A stretch of 64,000 nucleotides of DNA from an uncultured Verrucomicrobiae bacterium (GCA_963788655.1 CAWBHS010000006.1:1-64000); one strand, 5' to 3'. Positions 1 to 10,200 are shown, numbered from the stretch's first letter. Notes: a model not told the origin generated them from the sequence alone. A program made the numbers and translations.

Positions 1-517
1 TGTACAGGAGTGCCGTCGCTCCTCAACGTATTGCGCCAAACCGCATAGATCGATATTCTCTTTACGCCCCAGGAGTTGCTCCCTCGCGACGAAACCTGGA
101 CGAACTGAGCCACGGAAGCACACGAAGCAGGTGATTGAGTAGCATACCGTTTCATTCGGATTCCCGAGATTTCGTTCAGTCGAGAAGAAAGTAGTCGTAC
201 AGTGGAGGCAGGACGGGAGGCACTGGAACGTTCGGCGACGATTCCTGCGGAAAGTTTGGCTGTACAGGTAGCCGATGCAAAAAGATCGCCGCGCACGTGA
301 ACAGTCTTTTGCGCGGGCGAAATATTGTCGTGATTCTGATGATCCAACTGGCGAGTGTATGCAGTTGGCCAGGCAACGCGGCAACGGTCGGTTTTCAGCC
401 TTCGCCTGCAAGCAAATTAAAACGAAGCAGGTTGTTCTTCTGAAAGGAGTTGTCGACGAGGCACAGGCCGGCAGCACAATTTACACCAAAGCAGGACTAC
501 CCGCGCCTACTCGTCCA

Positions 518-1297
518 CTACTTGCGCATATCGTGAACCTCCACCCAATGGGCATCTCCCAAGTTGCGATGCCGGAGATGATGGTAGCTCAGGCCGCGCC
601 GCTGTGTCTCCCGATCCAGGATCTCGGTCAGTTTCGCGTGGGCCAACGGATCGGCCTTATCCATCAAGCCGACAAAGGCCGACTTGATCAAACCCGCGCC
701 GGACCAAAGGATGTTGCCGGCCATGATGATGCCGCAGATGGGATCGAATGGCAGCCACTTCGTCGTCAACACCAGCGCCAGCCCGACCAGCACCGCGATG
801 CTAGTCCAACAATCCGTGAGCACGTGCTTGCCGTTCGCCTCCAGGATCAACGAGTTCTTGCGCCGGCCCAACCACACCAAGTAGCCGCCCAGTCCGCCGT
901 TGATGGCTGCCGCCGCCGCCGTCAGTGCGGTGCCGGCGCCCAGATTCTCCAGTTGCAGACCGCCCAGCCATTTGTGGATGGATTCGTAAATGATGTAGAT
1001 CGCCGCGAGGATGATCATTGCTCCCTCGAAGCCGGCTGAGAAAAACGAAATTTTGGCGTGGCCGTATAGATGGTCCTCATCCGCCGGACGATAGGACAAC
1101 CGCAGACTGTAGGCGGCAAAGATAACCGCCGCCACATGCACCACCGACTCAGCAGCGTCGCTCAGAATGGCGGCGGACCCGGTCAGCAGATAGGCCCCCA
1201 TCTTCATGACGAACATGAGCAGGCCGATGCCGAGGGAAAGGTTCATCGCAAAACTCATTGCCTTGCGATCGGCGGCGGACTGGGTGGCAATGTTCAT
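518..1297 (-). pseudogene. Cation diffusion facilitator (FieF-like) transporter, C-terminally truncated
   Basis: CDF motifs SAAILSDAAESVVH, PADEDHLYGHAK, HVLTD. The cytoplasmic domain stops at WVEVH followed by unrelated DMRK*. Confidence 0.8.
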
Positions 1298-1347
1298 GAA
1301 GATTTAAGGTTGGTGGTCGAGGGATGGCCACGCGGAGTAGGTAGAAT

Positions 1348-1686
1348 TCAACCAGCGCGTTTTCGCTTGATCTTGGTCTTCTTCACCGGAATAGCCGCGG
1401 CGATGGCACCCAAAATGGCGGGCAGGTTTTCGAGCGTGGAGAGTTGTCCTTCTTCGACGAGGTAATGCGGCTTCGCTCCGGGATAGGGTTCGCCTTTCTC
1501 GCACAGGCGTTCAAGTGCCTGGCTGGCGGGAAGTATTTTTACATAGAGAAGATCGTCACAGACCAGGGCCACGACCTTGCCGTCCGCATACAACGCATAT
1601 TCCCCAAACATTGCTCGCGCCGAAAAGCGGCTGCGGTCGCGCAGCTTTCCCAAGATGAATTCGATCGTTTCTTTCTGGGTTGCCAT
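1348..1686 (-). CDS. TfoX/Sxy N-terminal domain protein
   Basis: RAMFGEYALYADGKVVALVCDDLLYVK and PYPGAKP are typical of TfoX_N proteins. Confidence 0.85.
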   Translation of the reverse strand: MATQKETIEFILGKLRDRSRFSARAMFGEYALYADGKVVALVCDDLLYVKILPASQALERLCEKGEPYPGAKPHYLVEEGQLSTLENLPAILGAIAAAIPVKKTKIKRKRAG

Positions 1687-1692
1687 ATCATT

Positions 1693-1785
1693 TCAACTTG
1701 GTGTGGGTGGCGGGATGGGCATGCGGGGTGGCGCAGTCTGCCACATCAAAGCGATCTCTTCCGGCGTCAGGCCGTAGGCTTGGTT
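1693..1785 (-). pseudogene. Orphan C-terminal relic resembling a type IIG (Eco57I-like) restriction-modification protein
   Basis: Manual translation NQAYGLTPEEIALMWQTAPPRMPIPPPTPS*. The YGLTxEEI tail is typical of type IIG enzymes; no upstream ORF. Confidence 0.6.
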
Positions 1786-1868
1786 GGGCGAGCAGTCAGT
1801 GTGTAATTTTTACTTGTGATTAGGCCAGTCTATGGGCTGCCTCGGTTTTTGTTATCGGACAAGACCAG

Positions 1869-4136
1869 CTACGATGAATTCTCCAGTCTGCCTCGGTAGG
1901 TTTGCAGATCGGTGTCGCTTACGTCCTTTGGAGCAACGAGTTTGTAGTGCTTTTCCGAGGAAATGGTGACGCCGTTTTCGCCGGATTCAAATTCAAAAAG
2001 TGCGATAACTCCCTTGTCCATGAATTGGGCCGCGATGGGCCGGCAAACCAGCAAGGGAAACTTGGTCGCACAGACAGCGAAGTCTTGTTCGATCTGAACA
2101 ATGTTGAGCTTGTCTTTTCCCCCTTTCGCTTGAATGGGAAAGACATAATGCGCCCCTTTCTTGTCCACTCCGACGTAAATTTCATCCGTCTCAACCTGAC
2201 CCATTTCCGGGACAGTAGTGCGAAGGTGGTTCTGGAGAGAATAGCACGTTACGCCGCTGAAAATGTCCACTAAACGGTTGTATCTGACTCGCGCCAGGAG
2301 CGCCTGTTCATCGTTAAAAGCGTATTTGGCCACGATGCCAGGAGTCGCGTCTGGGACTTTGGTGACCGCCATGCGCTCGTTGGGGAGAATCGGCGCGTTT
2401 TTGACCAAAGCAAAACTGTATTTGCTCCGGCCTGTGGGACGGATGATCCAAATCTCCTGCTCCTTAGCAAGCGACGTAATCGTATCTGGCAGCAATGATC
2501 GGTAACGAAAGCTGTAAACGAGGTCGCCAAGATTCTTAGGGAGCTTCACTTTGAGTTTCGCGGCGAAGGTTTCCATCTCGTGTCGTTCGAATGGAACCTC
2601 ACGCATGCCTTTCTTGTATTTTGAGAAAAAGATTTTCTCGATGATGGCGGAATAACGGTTGGCTTTCTTGGAGGACTTCGGGGAGGGTTTTGCTTTCATG
2701 CTCGTTTTGGGTGGTTCATCTTTCATGACCATTTCGTGTGAAACAGGGTATTGGGGCCAGCCGGTAATCTTGGGAGGGCCGGGCCAGCGCAATATAACAA
2801 CCTCTTCGCGGAGTTGTTCTCTAGTGGCGGTTGCCAAGCGGGTGCGGAAGAGGTCAAGGCCCACGACTTCGTATCCGACGGATTTGGCCAGGTCGGCCAG
2901 GAGTTGACCGGTTCGTATCATGACTCGCAGGTACGACGCTTGGTCACCGACGACATAGGCCAAGTGTGCGCCGGGGCGGAGCACGGGACGAAGATCCATC
3001 AAGTGACGCAGCATGCCACCGAAGTACAGCTTGGTGACGCGCGCGTAGAGCCGCTCAAAGCCAGAGGTCTTGCCGAGCTCAATTCGCCGTCGTTCGATTG
3101 ATTCTGCAATCCGCTGAATCTCATCATGGTTTTCAACCAAACGGTCGTCGGTGTCACTTTTGTAAACGCTTCGGGTGTTTGAGCGCACTAGAGTTTGTTT
3201 CAGTCGTCGGAGGTCGTCCTTGCTCTTAATAAAACCGAGCAGCACGGATTCGAGACGGGTCGTGCGCGTGTAGTCTTTTTCGTTGGGGTAGGGCGGAGAG
3301 GTTATTACGGCGTCAATGGAGGCGGGAGGTAATAGCATTACCAGGTCACGGGCGTCGGCTTGATGGACGATTGCCTCGGTTGCCGCCTGCGAATGTAGGT
3401 GTCTCAAGTCCGTGGCTATGGTCTTTATCGCCCGAAGCCATGGACCGACAACTGCGGCGTCCGGTTTGGCTGGGCCAACGCCAATTTCAGGACCAAAGTG
3501 CAAATTGCTTATATCGTTGACCAAGGTCTTGGCGAGTGCCAGTTGCTCGTGCGCGGCCAGTCTCGGTTCCCTATTCTCCACGAGCGTTTCCAGTAGCACC
3601 AAGGTCTTGTGAAGGGGAAGAGGGCTGATGGAATTAGTCAGCAAAAGTTTGAGCGAGTCGGGCGGCAGTGTCTTAAGGTGGGGAAGTGTCCTGGGTTTCT
3701 TTTCGAACAAGGGGAGCCCACCCTCGTCTTCAATTCCTTCGCGCTCGAGCTTGTCGGACACAAGCCTAGCGACGAAGGTGGCGTGCGTGATCAAGTGTTC
3801 CGGGTCGATCTCCCAGTCAGTTTTGGTACCACTGGCGAATGACGCCGTGGGATTGGGTTCGATGCCATAGCTCTGAATTCCGAGCTTCTTGCATTCGACC
3901 AGAGTCGTACCTGTGCCGCAAAAGGGGTCCAAAACCTTGTGGTTCTGGTTCAATCCAAAACGGGCGATGTAAGTTCTGACCAGATGCGCAGGAAATGAGA
4001 GAACGAATCGGTACCAGTCGTGCGCTGCCCGGTCTTCTAAGCGCAGCTTGTTGTCCTCCCGAGGCATCTGCTGGACCTCTGGCTGGTTCTCTGGCGCTGC
4101 AAATTCAAGTAGATTCATCATTGCCGGAGTTACCAT
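1869..4136 (-). CDS. Fused DNA amino-methyltransferase (alpha class, SPPY, probably m4C) and type II-like restriction endonuclease
   Basis: Motif I DPFCGTGTT precedes motif IV TSPPY. The C-terminal ~280 aa carries ETDEIY...IQAK, a PD-(D/E/Q)xK-like motif. Confidence 0.8.
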   Translation of the reverse strand: MVTPAMMNLLEFAAPENQPEVQQMPREDNKLRLEDRAAHDWYRFVLSFPAHLVRTYIARFGLNQNHKVLDPFCGTGTTLVECKKLGIQSYGIEPNPTASFASGTKTDWEIDPEHLITHATFVARLVSDKLEREGIEDEGGLPLFEKKPRTLPHLKTLPPDSLKLLLTNSISPLPLHKTLVLLETLVENREPRLAAHEQLALAKTLVNDISNLHFGPEIGVGPAKPDAAVVGPWLRAIKTIATDLRHLHSQAATEAIVHQADARDLVMLLPPASIDAVITSPPYPNEKDYTRTTRLESVLLGFIKSKDDLRRLKQTLVRSNTRSVYKSDTDDRLVENHDEIQRIAESIERRRIELGKTSGFERLYARVTKLYFGGMLRHLMDLRPVLRPGAHLAYVVGDQASYLRVMIRTGQLLADLAKSVGYEVVGLDLFRTRLATATREQLREEVVILRWPGPPKITGWPQYPVSHEMVMKDEPPKTSMKAKPSPKSSKKANRYSAIIEKIFFSKYKKGMREVPFERHEMETFAAKLKVKLPKNLGDLVYSFRYRSLLPDTITSLAKEQEIWIIRPTGRSKYSFALVKNAPILPNERMAVTKVPDATPGIVAKYAFNDEQALLARVRYNRLVDIFSGVTCYSLQNHLRTTVPEMGQVETDEIYVGVDKKGAHYVFPIQAKGGKDKLNIVQIEQDFAVCATKFPLLVCRPIAAQFMDKGVIALFEFESGENGVTISSEKHYKLVAPKDVSDTDLQTYRGRLENSS

Positions 4137-4289
4137 ATTTAGTGCGACGCAATCCTGCCAGTGAATTGATTTTGCCGCAACCTCTTGACCGAGCGGTCAC
4201 GAGGATTCAGTCCCACGGCAGATTGTAGCGTGGCGATGGGTTCGGTCCACGGCGGACATGCGCCGCCCGGCAAAGGGGAGGAACAGGCG

Positions 4290-5825
4290 CTACGGCGTCA
4301 GCACCGCGCGGAAGAAACCGCGCGGCGAATTGGTCGTGGTCAGCCCGCTCACTTGCACTGAGCCGTCCTGGAGAACCAGCGCGTTGGTCACCATTTGCCA
4401 CTGGCTCTGGGGATCCGCGAGATTCGGGGAAGTGTAAACCTGGATGCGCGCAAGCTGGTCGGTGGTGATGGGGCTCCCGTCGGAATTCTCCAGCGTTAGC
4501 CTCAGTTCCGCTCCCGCCATCATTTCCGGCGGGGACAGGCGCAACGGCGCGGGCAGCGGCATCATCGCCAGGGCGAACACTTGTGGCTCCAAAGCGTTCA
4601 GGCCGGATACGGCGCTGAAGTAGAGGGTGTCCTGGAAGACCGTCAACTCGGAAACCTCGGAGCCATATTCACCGGGGTTAATGTCGAGGACCATCTGGGC
4701 CGTGGTGCCGTCAAAGGACCACAATTCACGTCCGTGGACGCCGTCATTGGCGGCAAAATAGAGCAGCCCATTGAACACCTTGAAACTGCCGGGGCTGGAA
4801 TCCATCAGGAAGGTATCGCCGTTGCCGGGGTCGGGAGTCGGGTTGATTTCGGCGGCCATCAGCGCGTTGGTGCCGTCGAACGACCACAACTCATAGCCAT
4901 GAACCTCGTCGGTGGCGCTGAAGTAGAGCTTGCCGTCGTAAACGGTCAATCCGCCGGGATTGGAGGAGGTGTATTGGCCCCCCGGAACGATGTCCGCGGC
5001 GAGGGACGCGTCGGTGCCGTCAAAGCGCCAGAGTTCACGGCCATGGACGCCGTCGTAGGCGGAGAAATAGAGCTGGCCGTCAAACACGGCGAAGTTTTCC
5101 GGACTGGAACCATTGTCCGGGTAGATGCGCGCTGCCTCAGTGGGCATCCCGAGGTCGTCGTAGCGCCAGAGCTCCGAGCCTTGGCCCGGAGTGCCGTTCG
5201 CGTTGAAATACAACCGGCCGTCGTACTCGATGAAGTGCTGCGGGTAGGAACTGCCGCTGCCCGCGAATAGGTCCAGCGGGGTTTGGTTGGCCCCGTCGAA
5301 TCTCCAAAGCTCGACGCCAATGTTGCTTGGGGCGCCGTAGCGCGAAGCCCGAAAATAGAGATGGTCTCCGTAAACGAACAGTTGCTGCGGCAGGCTGGCT
5401 TGGGAGGCAGAGCCGGGAGCGAGCGACGCCCCGTTTACCGGATCGTATTGCCAGAGTTTCGAGCCACTGCCGGCGTTGGCGCAGAAGTAGAGTTTGCTGC
5501 CGTAAGCCGCCAGGTACGAAGGATCCGAGCCGCTCGTGCCAGGATTGATGTCGGCCACCATTCGGGCGACGGTGCCGTCAAAGGCCCAGAGTTCCACGTT
5601 GTTGCCGTGGGGCAGGTTGTTGGCGCGAAAGTAAAGCTGGCCGTCGAACACGGTCAGGTACGAGGGATAGAGGATCGGGTCACCGTTGTCGCTGACGATC
5701 CGACGGGCGGTCTGCCCCAAGGAGGTTTCCACCGCCAGCGTGATGAGGCTGAGGAGCAACAGCGAGCGCCAGGAGAGGCGGCTGAACGCGGCCAAACGGA
5801 AAGGATGCATCGTTTTCATAAGCAT
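4290..5825 (-). CDS. Secreted ELWxxDGT-repeat beta-propeller protein
   Basis: Signal peptide; repeated ELW(R/S/A)FDGT and LYFxA units; C-terminal domain ending GFFRAV. Confidence 0.9.
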   Translation of the reverse strand: MLMKTMHPFRLAAFSRLSWRSLLLLSLITLAVETSLGQTARRIVSDNGDPILYPSYLTVFDGQLYFRANNLPHGNNVELWAFDGTVARMVADINPGTSGSDPSYLAAYGSKLYFCANAGSGSKLWQYDPVNGASLAPGSASQASLPQQLFVYGDHLYFRASRYGAPSNIGVELWRFDGANQTPLDLFAGSGSSYPQHFIEYDGRLYFNANGTPGQGSELWRYDDLGMPTEAARIYPDNGSSPENFAVFDGQLYFSAYDGVHGRELWRFDGTDASLAADIVPGGQYTSSNPGGLTVYDGKLYFSATDEVHGYELWSFDGTNALMAAEINPTPDPGNGDTFLMDSSPGSFKVFNGLLYFAANDGVHGRELWSFDGTTAQMVLDINPGEYGSEVSELTVFQDTLYFSAVSGLNALEPQVFALAMMPLPAPLRLSPPEMMAGAELRLTLENSDGSPITTDQLARIQVYTSPNLADPQSQWQMVTNALVLQDGSVQVSGLTTTNSPRGFFRAVLTP

Positions 5826-6030
5826 TAAGGTCTGATGATTTAACTGTCAGAGCATTGTCAGTGAAAGTCAACCTCAAAGAACGAGGCGCTGGCCCAGTGT
5901 AGTCGCACAAGGCGAGCTGGTCCTTGGTTGCGTCGAGGTCGGGTGAAATCATTAATCCTGGACTCGTCGAAGTGGCAGGGAACAGAGCGCTGCTCCGCCA
6001 GGAACAATTGCCGCTCCGGGGCTCCGGGGT

Positions 6031-6250
6031 TTACTCCGACGCCACTTTCATTATCGAAGTCACGCGCGCGCCTGTTGGCGTGGTGTTGCGGATGTCGATG
6101 GCGCCACGGTGAAGGTCCACGATCTTCTTAACCACCGCCAGGCCCAAGCCGGTGCCGTGCCCCGCCGCCTTGGTGTGGTGGTAACGAACGGACCAAGGAT
6201 CTTCGGTAACAGGGCTTCCGGCAGGCCGGTCCCCGTGTCCGGCCCCTCCG
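6031..6250 (-). pseudogene. Histidine kinase HATPase_c remnant
   Basis: DTGTGLPEALLPKILGPFVTT, frameshift, then TKAAGHGTGLGLAVVKKIVDLHRG (G1, F, G2 boxes). N-terminus absent. Confidence 0.75.
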
Positions 6251-6333
6251 TGACCGCGAAAGCGATACGTCCGCTTCGAATTCCCGCGAAGTGAAGCCGG
6301 TAACGGCTTCGCAGCCAGGACCATGGAAGGCCG

Positions 6334-6610
6334 CTACCGAACGGCCGCTGCCCGGACCGCGCCAGGGTGCCAGCAAACGATTCGGGGCCCGTCTGTTGGC
6401 ATCGCTTGCGCTTGACCCAGGCGCTGGCGTTTGTGTTCGGCGCCGGTGTTTTGGTAGCGCCGTCGCAGCTTCGTTAGAACATCTTCCCGGGTCCGCGGAA
6501 TAATCGTTTTATCCATTCCGGCCACGGTAACAGTGACTTCTGGCCCAACGGATCATTTCTCCCGATTTCATCCCCCGCCCGGGTAACAGAATTCTTGGCG
6601 CAATTCCCGA
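6334..6610 (-). mobile_element. IS remnant: transposase N-terminal fragment and probable element end
   Basis: TREDVLTKLRRRYQNTGAEHKRQRLGQAQ resembles rve-type transposase N-termini. GGTAACAG is repeated just upstream (~6525 and ~6582). Confidence 0.5.
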
Positions 6611-6802
6611 TGAACTTTTCTGCGATTATTTTCTTGTCTTCTCGCTGTGGAAACCCTCTCATTGCCTCGCTTGAAAGCGAACTGCACAGTGAATCGGTAA
6701 GCGTCAACAGGTGCCCCCGGCAATGACGAGTTTAAATCTATAACAGGACCGCCCCACCGCGCCGCGCTTGACGGCATATTCAAACCTCAACATCCCGCCC
6801 TT

Positions 6803-7155
6803 ATGGCCAAAACACTATTCGTTGGAAACTTGGACCACAACTGTGCCGAAAACGATCTGCACGATTACTTCGCCAGTGCCGGATCCGTCGTTTCCGTCAA
6901 TATCATTCAAGACCGTGCCACCGGCCGTTCCCGTGGCTTCGCTTTCGTGGAAATGGCCACGGACGACGACGCCAAGAAAGCCATTGATGAATTCCACAAT
7001 AAAGAATTCCAGGGCCGTCCTCTGACAGTCAACGAAGCTCGCCCCAAAGAATCTCGTCCAGCCGGCGGAGGCGGTGGCGGTGGTTATGGCGGGCGCGGGG
7101 GCCGTGGTGGCGGCGGCGGTGGCGGCGGGCGGGCGGCTATCGGGGCCGGCGCTAG
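6803..7155 (+). CDS. RRM RNA-binding protein with Gly-rich tail (apparent frameshift in tail)
   Basis: RNP2 LFVGNL, RNP1 RGFAFVEM, LTVNEARP. A natural end GGYRGRR* (TAG 7153-7155) lies in a shifted frame after a G/C run. Confidence 0.9.
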
Positions 7156-7285
7156 GCCCTCAAGCGTCGTCAAATCTCGCATATTTCATTTGGTTAAATG
7201 GCCCAGGCGCCTCTGGGCTTCTGGTCGAATGTGCCCGGGCAACGGGACATTGGGAACTCAACCAAATCGTCCTTACCAAACCCAA

Positions 7286-7319
7286 AAGGGGAACACGGCG
7301 TTCAAACCGTGTTCCCCTT
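7286..7319. terminator. Intrinsic terminator between convergent RRM and Hsp20 genes
   Basis: 13-bp perfect stem aaggggaacacgg / ccgtgttcccctt with a short T-run on the minus strand. Confidence 0.75.
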
Positions 7320-7354
7320 CTCTCTCCCCATCATCCCCGAGTTGAGCTCGGAGT

Positions 7355-7816
7355 TTAGCCAACCTTCACATCAATCTGTTTCGGGCGGGCCCTTTCGCTC
7401 TTGGCCAGATGCACGCACAGCACCCCGTCCTTGAATTCGGCATGCACCTTTGAATCCTGCGCGTCGTCCGGAATACTGAAACTCCGTTCGAAGCGGCCAT
7501 ACATACGTTCCAGCCGATGGAATTTGCGGCCCTTCTCCTCCTTTTCGGCTTTACGCTCGCCACAGATCGTGAGCGTCCCGCCTTCCACCGTCACTTTGAC
7601 ATCATCCTTGTGGACTTCCGGCAGTTCGACTTTGATCAGATATTCCTTGTCGTCCTCGGCAATGTCCACCAGTGGCGCCCAATCCGGCATGGTGATGTTT
7701 TCATCATCCGTGATGAGATTCGTCCGATGAAACGGGGCCAAATCAAACAGATTGGACATACGTCGCTGCATCTCTTCCATTTCCTTAAACGGATTCCAAC
7801 GAGTCAATGCGTTCAT
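7355..7816 (-). CDS. Hsp20/alpha-crystallin small heat-shock protein
   Basis: WAPLVDIAEDDKEY, ERMYGRFERSF, FKDGVL, IDV tail. Start set at MNALTRW. Confidence 0.95.
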   Translation of the reverse strand: MNALTRWNPFKEMEEMQRRMSNLFDLAPFHRTNLITDDENITMPDWAPLVDIAEDDKEYLIKVELPEVHKDDVKVTVEGGTLTICGERKAEKEEKGRKFHRLERMYGRFERSFSIPDDAQDSKVHAEFKDGVLCVHLAKSERARPKQIDVKVG

Positions 7817-7951
7817 AACAGAATTCCTCAATGGCAGACCGGTGTTTGCTTCCTCGCCACGGGCTGGCGTCCGCCATTCTAATCCAGCCTCACTGGACAG
7901 GTTTCTTCGTTGCTGCTCACTTAAGCAGCCCAACCTGCACCTGCATATTCT

Positions 7952-7967
7952 TGCATCGGTTATGCCA
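7952..7967 (-). promoter_or_regulatory. Sigma54 -24/-12 promoter upstream of Hsp20
   Basis: Minus strand TGGCATAACCGATGCA has exact GG-N10-GC spacing. Confidence 0.6.
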
Positions 7968-8093
7968 AACGGTAGTTACGTCCTAAGTGCCTGATAAACC
8001 GCAACATTATCGCATCATGATAAGCCGAAGTGAGACGAAAAGACCGTCCGAAGCAATCGGACAGTGACATCGTGACGCTCGAAGTTGCGTCAA

Positions 8094-8771
8094 TTATGCA
8101 TTCGGATGCTGCAGGGCTTGGCGCCAAGCGGTGCGGGCTTCACGCCAAGTCGGCAAAGCCAGGCACTGCTTCAGAAAAGCAACATCCAAATGGGGTAGCC
8201 AACGACTTTGCACTGCCGGGCCGTCGTAGCCCGATTGGTCGGCGCGCAAGATCCAGATTTCCAGAGCGTCTTTGCGCCAGAACCAGACTTCCGGCACATG
8301 GAACCGCTGGTAGATGTCCAACTTAGGAATGCCCCCGCTGCTCAAGGCAATTTCCAGGACCAGATCCGGGATTTCCTTTTCTTCTTCGAAGGACCACGAC
8401 TTGTCGGGTTCGGCACCCACCTCGTTTAGGCGTTTTATCGTGGCTTGGCCGTGAAGGAAGGCTTCGATGCCCATTTCGAAGACATAGTCTTCAATTAGCG
8501 AGGCCAGCCATTCCTTCAATTGTTCGTGTTTGCGCGATGTCGTCATGATTTCCAGTTGGCGGTCAAACCAGTAAAGCCGCGGGCCAGGCCGATCGTAACC
8601 AAGTTCCTTGTCCAATCGTTGGTACTGCTCCCAATTCACACCACAAAAGACGATCCGCTCTTCGTCAGCATCATTGGCCGAAGGTTCACGACTTCCGGAT
8701 TTTGCGTCCCTCTGGAAAGCCTTCTCAAACGGCTGGCGGGTTTTGGGCTCCGTGAAGAGTTCCACGATCAT
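8094..8771 (-). CDS. Uma2 (DUF820) family endonuclease-fold protein
   Basis: GAEPDKSW, PDLVLEIA, KLDIYQRFHVPEVW motifs. Confidence 0.9.
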   Translation of the reverse strand: MIVELFTEPKTRQPFEKAFQRDAKSGSREPSANDADEERIVFCGVNWEQYQRLDKELGYDRPGPRLYWFDRQLEIMTTSRKHEQLKEWLASLIEDYVFEMGIEAFLHGQATIKRLNEVGAEPDKSWSFEEEKEIPDLVLEIALSSGGIPKLDIYQRFHVPEVWFWRKDALEIWILRADQSGYDGPAVQSRWLPHLDVAFLKQCLALPTWREARTAWRQALQHPNA

Positions 8772-8987
8772 GAACGCAGTTTAGGCTTCGGATGTGCGCT
8801 AAGCAAGCATCCTCGCCAAGGAGCGCGCGAAAGACCAAAGGCCGATGGCCCGGAAGCTGAAAGAAGTCCGGAATTCCATTCTCGAAAGTAACCTCCATTT
8901 CCGATGGGCGACCTTACCTCGGATTTCGGAGTTGACCCGGCTCGACTCCGCCGGAGTAACGAAAGCATTCCGGGCAATTCTGGCGGT

Positions 8988-10076
8988 TTAGGTGCGCACC
9001 TCCACCCACTGCTGCGTCTCCGCTGAGCGCACCGCCGCATCCATCACGGTCTGCGTGCGGGCGCCGTCGTGGAAATTGGGTTCGCACGGACGTTGATTGC
9101 GAATGGCATCGACAAATTCCCAGGCCTGATCGTAGCGGAAGGTAATCAATGGATCGCCGACGCCGGGATCGCGCGGGCTGCCGGGATGGGTCCAGAACTC
9201 CCGCGGAATTTCGAGGGTCTCCAAACCGGGCCCGTTGGCTTTGCCGGTTTGGAGCTGGTTCCATCGGCCGGTGATGAACACGTAGCTGCGTTCGCTGCCG
9301 TTGATCTCCACTGAATCAAGACTGCGCCAACTTTCGTTGCGGCCAGTGGCAAGTTTGGAACTCTCGAACACGCCCGAAGCGCCATTTTTGAACTCGGCGA
9401 GGAGGGCCACCCAATCCTCAGTGTCGTTGGCGTGGCCGTCGCGCATGGGCGTTAGGTTCCTCTTACTGGCAACCAACCGTTTCATCGGGCCGACGAGCGT
9501 ATGAGCGAAGTCAATGCGGTGGCTGAGCATGTCGCCCAGTTCACCGGTGCCGGCGAGTTTCTTTTCCTGGCGCCAACCGAGGTCGCGCGTACCCCAGTCC
9601 TGCAAGCGGCAGGACCGGTAATGGTACGGCTGGCCCAAATCGCCGCGTTGAACGAGATAACGGAGATACCGCATCGCGGGCACGAAGCGATACGTAAACG
9701 CTGTCATGTGCCGCACCCCGGCCCGGTCCGCCGCCTCGGCCATGGCGCGGGCATCGGTGGCATTCAACGCCAGCGGCTTTTCGCACAACACGTGTTTGGC
9801 GTGGGCAATAGCGTTGAGGGCTATCGACGGATGCAGAAAATTGGGAGTCGCAATAATGACGGCATGCACGTCGTCACGTTTGACAAGGTCTTCGTAATTG
9901 GGTGAGGTCACCGTCACACCGGTTTGCTGGCGGGCGCGTTCCAACGTGGCGGGATTGGTATCACAGAGGGCGACCAAGCGGGTGTCCGGACACATTTGCA
10001 GGCCCGGCAAATGATTCTGCAGCGTGATGCCGCCGCAGCCGATGATGGCAAAATTCAGTGGGCTCATGGTGTTCAA
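8988..10076 (-). CDS. Gfo/Idh/MocA family oxidoreductase
   Basis: AIIGCGGI, HVLCEKPL, GDMLSHRID. Confidence 0.92.
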   Translation of the reverse strand: MNTMSPLNFAIIGCGGITLQNHLPGLQMCPDTRLVALCDTNPATLERARQQTGVTVTSPNYEDLVKRDDVHAVIIATPNFLHPSIALNAIAHAKHVLCEKPLALNATDARAMAEAADRAGVRHMTAFTYRFVPAMRYLRYLVQRGDLGQPYHYRSCRLQDWGTRDLGWRQEKKLAGTGELGDMLSHRIDFAHTLVGPMKRLVASKRNLTPMRDGHANDTEDWVALLAEFKNGASGVFESSKLATGRNESWRSLDSVEINGSERSYVFITGRWNQLQTGKANGPGLETLEIPREFWTHPGSPRDPGVGDPLITFRYDQAWEFVDAIRNQRPCEPNFHDGARTQTVMDAAVRSAETQQWVEVRT

Positions 10077-10200
10077 TTCCGATGCTTCGGAGGCGAGTAT
10101 GGAGAGTAAGGACGCGACGGCAACGCCATTTTTTCACGTTTCACCCATTCCGTGCCTTGCCCGACTGCCCGGCGGTTGGCAGACTGCTCCCCGCACAACA

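Noticed and set aside
176..376. Short Pro-rich ORF as a possible RiPP precursor
   Set aside because: No recognisable core motif, start signal or modifying enzyme in view.
8094..8771. Uma2 protein as part of a defence system
   Set aside because: Standalone and commonly multi-copy; no partner genes adjacent.
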